Assembly (NCBI GenBank): GCA_963666835.2
Contig: CAXXGO010000006.1
Location: 1,088,001 to 1,152,000, forward strand
Source: Phycisphaerae bacterium
Lineage (GTDB): Bacteria > Planctomycetota > Phycisphaerae > UBA1845
Direction: 5' to 3'
Length of the DNA: 64,000 bases
A program made the position numbers and the translations under genes. Shown here one piece after another: positions 59,101 through 64,000 of this stretch. The notes under the pieces are model-generated. The model had not been told where the DNA came from. It did not search any database and saw only the letters and a program-made list of their open reading frames with translations. How positions within the stretch are numbered: the first letter of the stretch is position 1; every line of letters starts with the position of its first letter.

Positions 59101-62100
59101 CTGCGCTGATGCACAAGCCAGGTTACAGGATTGTGTATTCGCCGGCAATTCGGCCGACTACGGTGGGGCAGGCGTCCATGCCGATGCGTTTCTGTCGGCA
59201 ACAGGATGTGTGTTCACCGCAAACGAGGCGATCACCGGCGCCGGATTGGATGCGGGGAAAGCAGAGGTTGTCTCAAGTACCTTTGCGGCGAATCGCGCCG
59301 ATGCGTGTGGTGCCATCGACGCAGACGGAACGTTCGTCAACTGCCTGGTAAGCGGGAACGTGAGCAGCTCGTCTGGGGGCGGAATCTGCAGTGGAGATGC
59401 GACGTTCATCAACTGTGCGATAACAGACAACCACGCGGACCTCCGCGGAGGCGGCATCGCCGGCAGGCGACCTTCGTTGATCAACAGCGTTATCTGGGGC
59501 AATACCGATAGCGGTAGTGATCCGGAGTCCGCCCAGATATTCGAGGATCCTCCCGGACAGTGGACGGGCGGTATTCGCGTGGAGCACAGTTGCGTCGAAG
59601 GGCTTACCGGCATCCTCGGCGGGATCGGAAACACCGGTAGCGATCCGTTGTTTGTCGCTCGCGGCTACTGGGATGACGGCGGCACCCCGGACGACCCTGA
59701 GGATGACGAGTGGATCGACGGAGACTACCGGTTGCTCGCCGGGTCACCGGCCATCGACGCCGGCGTTCGAAGTAATTGGCCGTACTACGTTTTGACCGAT
59801 CTCGATGGTCAGGAGCGGTTCGTGGACGATCCCGATATCCCAAACGCCGCGGCGGACCGATACCTCTCGGTCGACTTGGGCCCGTATGAGTTCCAGCTCA
59901 CCACTCCGGGCGAAGACTGCAATGGCAACGGAGTTGGCGACAACTTCGACCTGTTCTACGAGTACACCCTCGACCTGGGCGATCTTGCGGTGGGAGGGGA
60001 CGGCACCGGCATTGCGACCCGCGGAACCGGACTGAATCCCCGCACCGGCACGCTGGTCGCCCCGGACGTCTTCGGCGGGGAGGATGGGGAAGGGCCGTCA
60101 TTCATAACCACCGACGGCACCAACAACACGGTCGACCTGCCGGCAGTGAACGGCGTGTTCGTCCCCAACGGGATCACTCCGATTGATAACCGGGGAACCA
60201 CGTTCGAGTTCCCCGCCACTGGCGGCTATGGGTGGGACGCCATCCGCCACGGGGCCGCGGTGTTCGACGACGACGCTTACTATTATCCGGTATTGGAGCC
60301 GATCCAAATGCCGGACTCGGTCCGTTTCGAACGGCCGGGGATCGGGATGAACACAAACGCCGGAATCACTTTCGATCTCGCCTCCATCGTTCCTCCGGGG
60401 CCGGCGAATACGCCGAGGGGGTTCCAAGCAGTGACCGGGCGGAACGATGGTACGGATCGGTGGGGCAAGGGATTCGAGGCGTGGGTACTCGTGGACGGAG
60501 TCGTCCGGTTCTATCAACCCATCCCAGACGACTCGCGGTACCGACACGTTGCAGTAGATGTTCCGTTGATCGAAGGTGACCGGTTCTTGACTCTCGCGAC
60601 CACCGACCTGGATGGGCGGATCGCCGATGACTGGGCCGTATTTGCCGACGCCCGCCTGGTCGTCCGGGTGGAGGGCGACTGCAACGACAACGGCACCCCC
60701 GACGAGTGCGACCTAATGCAGGGTGACAGCGTCGATTGGAACGACGATGGTTTTCCCGACGAGTGCAACCGCGACTGCAATAACAACGCCCTGCCGGACT
60801 TCATCGAGATTGTCTTCGGGTTGTGCGACAACTGTAACGACGATGACATCCCGGACGTGTGTCAGCTTGCCGGTAACGACTGCAACTTCAACGAGATCCC
60901 CGACGACTGCGACATCGCGGATGGAACCTGCCTGGACGACAACGCCAACGGCGTCCCCGACGGGTGCGACCCGGACTGTGACGGGGACGGCATCCCGGAT
61001 TTCTCCGAGATCCTCTCCGGCGAAGTCGATGACTGCAACGCTAACGGCGTGCCGGACAACTGCGAGCCGGACTGCGATGGTAATGGCATAGCCGACGCTT
61101 GCGATCTGGCCGATTCGACCTACCCCGACTGCAACAGCAACGGCAGGCCCGATCTCTGCGAGATCGAGGCGGGGACCAGTCCGGACGTCGATGAGGACGG
61201 GGTGCCTGATGAGTGCCAGGCGGCCGTCCTGTTTGTTGATGCCGATACCCGCGGACTCGGCAACGGTACCTCCTGGGTGGACGCCTATCCGTCTCTGCAA
61301 GATGCCCTGACCACCGCGGCCGCGTCGGATGTCGCCGAGGAAATCTGGGTGGCGTCCGGTACGTATCACCCCGCCGGACCCGACGGCGATCGGACGGCCG
61401 CCTTCCAGTTGGCGTCGGGAGTATCCGTATACGGTGGATTCGCCGGTATTGAGACCCAACGGGAACAACGCCGCCCGGGGGATCATCCCACCATTCTGAG
61501 CGGCGACCTGAACGAAGATGACCATCTGCCGGACGGCCGTGCGGAGAACAGCTATCACGTGGTTACCGGTAGTGGCACTGACGATGCGGCCCGGCTCGAC
61601 GGATTCACTATTCGCAACGGACAGGCCGACGGCACCGATTCTGGGCAAGACTCCGGCGGCGGGCTATATTGCCTTTCCGGATCGCCCACGATCAGCGACT
61701 GCGTGTTTACCGCCAACTACGCCCGAGCGGGCGGCGGGGCGGCGTTCAATGACGGTAGCCCGACCCTTTGGCTAAGATGCCGGTTCTTCGGAAACCACTC
61801 CGACGGAAACGGTGGAGCGATGTCCAACAACAACAGCTATCCCGAAATCCGGTCGAGCACCTTCGTCGGAAACTCATCGGTAGGCGATGGCGGGGCGATA
61901 AGTAGGTTCACCTATCAATCGAGGTTGTACAACTGTACGGTAGTCGGAAACGTCACGGACGGGCTCGGAGGCGGAATCGCCAACCCCAGCGTATCTGCGG
62001 CTACCATCAGCAACAGCGTGTTCTGGGCCAACCGTGACAGGAGGGGGATAACCGCATCCTCGCAGATTTACGGGTATGCCGCGAGGGGTTTCAGCATTAT

Positions 62101-62527
62101 CCAGGGCCTGTCGGAGACCCCCAACAGTCTCGGCAACACCGGCGCTGATCCACAGTTCATCGATGTCGACGGCGCCGACGACGTGCTCGGCACCGCCGAT
62201 GACAATGTGCGCCTTCGGCCCGGCTCTCCCGGGATCGACGCCGGTGATCCGGATCTTATTGCCGATCCGGCCGAGACCGATCTGGACGGGCACGCTCGAA
62301 TCCTCTGTGGCCGGGTGGACATGGGCGCGTACGAGTCGGGCATCGGAGATGCCACGTGCGATGGCCGGGTCGACTTAGCTGACTTCGCCTTCTGGCCCGA
62401 TTGCGTCACCGGCCCGGGGATTGCGTTTGAAGATCCGGGTTGCGAGTCGTTCGATTTCGATTTCGACGGCGAAGTAGACCTACGTGATCTCGCCGGTCTG
62501 ACCATCGAGTGGAGTAACCCGCAATAG
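53105..62527 (+). CDS. Giant (3140 aa) secreted protein: FG-GAP propeller, Cys-rich tandem repeats, three beta-helix domains, an NPCBM-like domain and a dockerin-like tail
   Basis: FGxAVAIDG..VGA..GxAYV repeats (~53200-54360) and CTDDVC..HP..GTxCGDP repeats (~54470-56090). Three YV..G.SW..A..LQ/LKxAL..YGGF/Y..TILSGD units. GIGMNTNA..WAVFADARL. C-terminal DGRVDLAD / DFDFDGEVDLRD. Confidence 0.88.
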   Translation: MPFFMRPTLTLLVVVVTTLGFCAGANPARGQCQINKITADDGMTDDDFGSAVAIDGECVVVGAPHAVLDSGAAYLYRRAGLYWVPIQELTGGLAEFGDNYGTSVAIDGDVVVIGAPNRDDDGLPDVGAVYVWRRDTVADIWCLEHTILAPDREMYDGFGEAVAIDGSWMVIGCPGDNAVAESAGSAYVYAFDGTTGTWSEAGFLRASDGASADGFGRAVAISGDRIVVGAESDDDGGSSSGSAYVFRFDAVSGWSQTQKLVAVDDDGISDADANDKFGSAVSIDRLRIAVGANGNDSALSNTGSVYVFQKGEAGWAIDKKLDAANAAASDRFGRSVSILGDYLLVGADYTDGAGSSSGSAYVFRHTGSTWVQVAELVANDAEAGDRFGCALALGRDYAAIGAYGDDDSGSSAGAAYVFKVTVGTDCDNNGVADECDIAAGTHSDDNGNGIPDQCECVESEECVDALFCNGVETCVDGACVSSGNPCIELGLVCDEASDSCVACQDDMDCYDGNACTDDVCQEQECVHFFVPSGTDCGFPADPECGVMSTCDGAGLCVPNHLPNGTPCSEDDDQCTDDVCIDGECRHPDSPNGTPCSDDGRECTDDVCTDAVCEHPYLPFGTACGDPSETDCDMPDTCDQIGHCMGNYRVNGTPCESDDNDCTDDVCYIGVCTHPNLWEGIACGDQSVTECDMADTCDGHGVCSPNHVSDGVSCTDDGNECTGDYCSSGECTHPNVSMGTSCGDPAVDACNGADTCDGAGTCLDNWIADGTACINDFNTCTDDYCESGVCIHPAVPSGTACGSPVDSECSAPDTCDDSGVCRPNHEPDGTVCTIDGNLCTDDICIEGICSHPNRSAGTPCGDPTQFECSGPDVCDGEGLCLTQVAPAGTPCGDPTETECNFADICDGAGVCSDNLSPDGTSCTEDGNVCTDDVCIAGCCTHPSRPDGMPCPDDLFCNGEETCLDAVCVAAEPPCAQAGQVCDEDNDICFCQDGVDCSRLYVSAVAVSPPDGLSWATAYPDLKTALNMAALSGLVDEIWVAAGTYTPAGVAGDRQASFQLVPDVNLYGGFAGTETSLDERDLTNPAFATILSGDLNGDDLPGFENRADNSFHVVIGVNADFEPIMTALAAADSQGYSVDSITAEDYQDLISRAVPYSATLDGFTISGGNADGEFLHSFGGGMYNMVDRPAVRNCTFTNNRAAVRGGGMYNSVGSNPAIDVCVFHGNTAGTGAAMSNYNASQPAVTDSNFVDNTADLAGGAIANQFDSSATLQNCTFTRNAGGTQGGALFNNGSDPTITGCVFAGNTVVGSGSGGAIFNYAGQSTVTNCTFFGNSASTAAGIYSSFNSVLTLTNSILWNNVSDAGATETAQVVVTGSEPAIEYCCIQGLTGILGGDGNVGADPLFIDAVGPDGVIGTGDDDLRLASGSPAIDAGSNTALPSGFSVDLDGAPRTVNDPETPNTGRRTGNCLMVDLGAYEYQTDAPINDCNGNFIEDECETADGSTADCNNNGVPDICDLLPGTNLDCNDNMLIDACETADGTTTDCNANLVPDECDVASGDSEDTNDDGIPDECQVLYVDVRAVYGANDGSSWCDAFVDLQDALAAASPGDAILVADGTYYPAPPGGDRTASFELTSGLRLYGGYRGCGSGDPNERNVQQYETILSGDIDEDDELTSNCCFAHDSPGCDDAICERAVCEGNSTEVCCYEDWDEDCAASAMWSRCRDVCQSDDTNNSYWVVRADSVDDKCIFDGFTVTASNAVGMAIAVSDLTVNDCTFSGHHGEYYDTSAMSISEQANSSGEYHTPRVTNCRFIDNGSPDWRCNGAALEVNNGNAVLTDCLFENNMSELGGAVFHGDSYGSPDPDEVLGTLTLNNCTLRNNLATYSQRGSGGAIYTSYASLVLNGCTFEGNIGEDVGGAVVVWRSDFLIQDCTFSDNIADGAGGAIFVETYDALRDYAIVGCTFTRNTAYSGGGVYIELDGARPLGIRGCLFSENHANSGGGICADAQARLQDCVFAGNSADYGGAGVHADAFLSATGCVFTANEAITGAGLDAGKAEVVSSTFAANRADACGAIDADGTFVNCLVSGNVSSSSGGGICSGDATFINCAITDNHADLRGGGIAGRRPSLINSVIWGNTDSGSDPESAQIFEDPPGQWTGGIRVEHSCVEGLTGILGGIGNTGSDPLFVARGYWDDGGTPDDPEDDEWIDGDYRLLAGSPAIDAGVRSNWPYYVLTDLDGQERFVDDPDIPNAAADRYLSVDLGPYEFQLTTPGEDCNGNGVGDNFDLFYEYTLDLGDLAVGGDGTGIATRGTGLNPRTGTLVAPDVFGGEDGEGPSFITTDGTNNTVDLPAVNGVFVPNGITPIDNRGTTFEFPATGGYGWDAIRHGAAVFDDDAYYYPVLEPIQMPDSVRFERPGIGMNTNAGITFDLASIVPPGPANTPRGFQAVTGRNDGTDRWGKGFEAWVLVDGVVRFYQPIPDDSRYRHVAVDVPLIEGDRFLTLATTDLDGRIADDWAVFADARLVVRVEGDCNDNGTPDECDLMQGDSVDWNDDGFPDECNRDCNNNALPDFIEIVFGLCDNCNDDDIPDVCQLAGNDCNFNEIPDDCDIADGTCLDDNANGVPDGCDPDCDGDGIPDFSEILSGEVDDCNANGVPDNCEPDCDGNGIADACDLADSTYPDCNSNGRPDLCEIEAGTSPDVDEDGVPDECQAAVLFVDADTRGLGNGTSWVDAYPSLQDALTTAAASDVAEEIWVASGTYHPAGPDGDRTAAFQLASGVSVYGGFAGIETQREQRRPGDHPTILSGDLNEDDHLPDGRAENSYHVVTGSGTDDAARLDGFTIRNGQADGTDSGQDSGGGLYCLSGSPTISDCVFTANYARAGGGAAFNDGSPTLWLRCRFFGNHSDGNGGAMSNNNSYPEIRSSTFVGNSSVGDGGAISRFTYQSRLYNCTVVGNVTDGLGGGIANPSVSAATISNSVFWANRDRRGITASSQIYGYAARGFSIIQGLSETPNSLGNTGADPQFIDVDGADDVLGTADDNVRLRPGSPGIDAGDPDLIADPAETDLDGHARILCGRVDMGAYESGIGDATCDGRVDLADFAFWPDCVTGPGIAFEDPGCESFDFDFDGEVDLRDLAGLTIEWSNPQ

Positions 62528-62543
62528 GCGGGCTGCTTGCGGT

Positions 62544-62625
62544 GAAAAAAAGGACTGGCTCCGAGCAGATCCTCGCTCACGGTACCAACAGGTGTTTTCG
62601 GCGAGGTGCCCGCACCCTCTTTCAC
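62544..62625. repeat. Extragenic palindromic element, with an inverted partial copy at 4675-4712
   Basis: GAAAAAAAGGACTGGCTCCGAGCAG...CGAGGTGCCCGCACCCTCTTTC. The reverse complement of the left arm aligns with CAGTGAGCAAGAACCTGCTCGAAACCGGTCCTCTTTCTC. Confidence 0.6.
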
Positions 62626-64000
62626 GGGGACTCGTCGAGCCATCGATGGGCCCGATCGAGGATACTCGAGGGATACCCCTCCCGCTCCAAGATGCGTAGC
62701 GCGTTGCGCGTCTGCGCCGGACCGGGCCTCAGACGGTAGTCGAACACCAGCCCGTCGTCGTCAATGCTCTCCCGAAAGTGGTGGTTTTGAATAACGCGCC
62801 CGTCGGCCAGCTCCATCAGGCTCTGCTCGTGCGTCGCAAAAAGAAAGAAACCGGCAGAATCGCGGAGATGCTCGACCACGGCCACCCCGGCCGCGATCTG
62901 CTCGCGCGAGTTCGTGCCGCGCAGCGGCTCATCCACGATTCCAAGCACGGGGACTCTCCCCTCGGGCGGAGCCACCATCCGCCGTAACTGGCGGACCTCG
63001 GCCAGGAAGTAGCTTTCGTCCTTGGCCTGACAGTCCCGGGCCTGCAGATCCGTGATCAAACGCACCGGGCCAATGGCCATCTTCTCGGCCGCAACGGCGG
63101 CGCCCATCTGGGCAAGCAGCACGTTGGCTCCGACCACTCGCAGAAGAGTGCTTTTGCCGGCCATGTTCGACCCGCTGACCATCCACATGCGCGTCGTCGT
63201 GTCGAGCCGCACGTCGTTAGCTACCACCTCCTGCGGGTCGATCAATGGGTGCCGTCCCCCGGTAATCGCGACAATTTGCTCGTTGGACAGTTCCGGATAG
63301 CAGCAGACGGGCTGTTCCCACCCGAAACACGCCAGACTCGTCAAAGCGTCGAGATCCGCCAGGGCGGATAGCCCGTCGAGCAACTCGTCACGATGCGGCA
63401 AGGCCTTGTTCAGAATCGCCGCGGCGATGTGCAGATCGAGGAAGAGCAGCACATTGCAGAAGGCGTGGACCGGACCGCCACTCTGCGCCCATGCGATCCG
63501 CTTGAGCAAGAGCGGTAGAACCCGGTCGTCACTAACTGCCGCCAGGGCGTGACGCAGTTTGCCCAGCTCACCTTCGTGCGGCAGGTCCATTGCCGCTTGC
63601 CGCGCGGCGATCAAATACCCCTCCACGGCCGGGGCGACTCGCCGCCACGGGGCGAGACACCTGACAAGCCCCCGATGGAGCCCGCGGTAGATTAGCGCGT
63701 TGACCAGCGCGACTGAGACGAAGGCTATGCCCCATCCGGATCGCCCCACCCCCGCCTGGTAGATCGCCACGACGAAAAACAGCCCGCTTAGCAAGGACCA
63801 GATGCGGAGCATCTTCGTTCGCGCCGGATCCCCCAGCGGAGATGCTTGACGCAGGGTTCTGACCAACTGCTCCAGGTACCCGTCGCGCCCTCGCAGTCCG
63901 GCCGTCCCGGCCATGAGCTGGAACCGTCGCCCCGGATCCCGATCCAGCCACCTAACTGAATCCTGGCGCGTGCGGATGGACTCGGCATCCACAAGCGGGT
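62622..64000 (-). CDS. Membrane-anchored MutS-related (domain V) ATPase, 5' partial
   Basis: GRHPLI, SGSNMAGKSTLLR, SYFLAEV, VDEPLRGTNS and FATHE, with upstream TM helices. Confidence 0.9.
   Translation of the reverse strand, partial: PLVDAESIRTRQDSVRWLDRDPGRRFQLMAGTAGLRGRDGYLEQLVRTLRQASPLGDPARTKMLRIWSLLSGLFFVVAIYQAGVGRSGWGIAFVSVALVNALIYRGLHRGLVRCLAPWRRVAPAVEGYLIAARQAAMDLPHEGELGKLRHALAAVSDDRVLPLLLKRIAWAQSGGPVHAFCNVLLFLDLHIAAAILNKALPHRDELLDGLSALADLDALTSLACFGWEQPVCCYPELSNEQIVAITGGRHPLIDPQEVVANDVRLDTTTRMWMVSGSNMAGKSTLLRVVGANVLLAQMGAAVAAEKMAIGPVRLITDLQARDCQAKDESYFLAEVRQLRRMVAPPEGRVPVLGIVDEPLRGTNSREQIAAGVAVVEHLRDSAGFFLFATHEQSLMELADGRVIQNHHFRESIDDDGLVFDYRLRPGPAQTRNALRILEREGYPSSILDRAHRWLDESP

Overview
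GC-rich bacterial window, probably Planctomycetota/Phycisphaerae. This is inferred from a prepilin/H-X9-DG protein and from large secreted proteins with DCNxNxxPDEC repeats and dockerin-like tails. Housekeeping genes: lnt, a HEAT-lipoprotein-mreD-PBP2-rodA operon without mreB/mreC, tRNA-Glu(CTC), pepD, recQ, a SWIM-SNF2 helicase and a partial MutS-like gene. Envelope and secreted genes: S41 and TPPII-like S8 peptidases, a binding protein followed by three tandem TonB-dependent receptors, an OprB porin and three giant Cys/Asp-rich proteins. An AAA-ATPase/DUF3226-like pair has a truncated second gene. The most striking feature is non-coding. Several spacers between convergent genes hold a modular set of palindromic repeats: about five REP-like families, three tandem arrays (115, 111 and 91 bp units) built on one shared 30-bp GTAG REP, and a long composite element present twice in inverted orientation. 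A frameshifted RAYT (REP-associated tyrosine transposase) remnant and a miniature derivative of it bracket a truncated gene fragment. All calls come from reading sequence and motifs by eye; no database searches were run.
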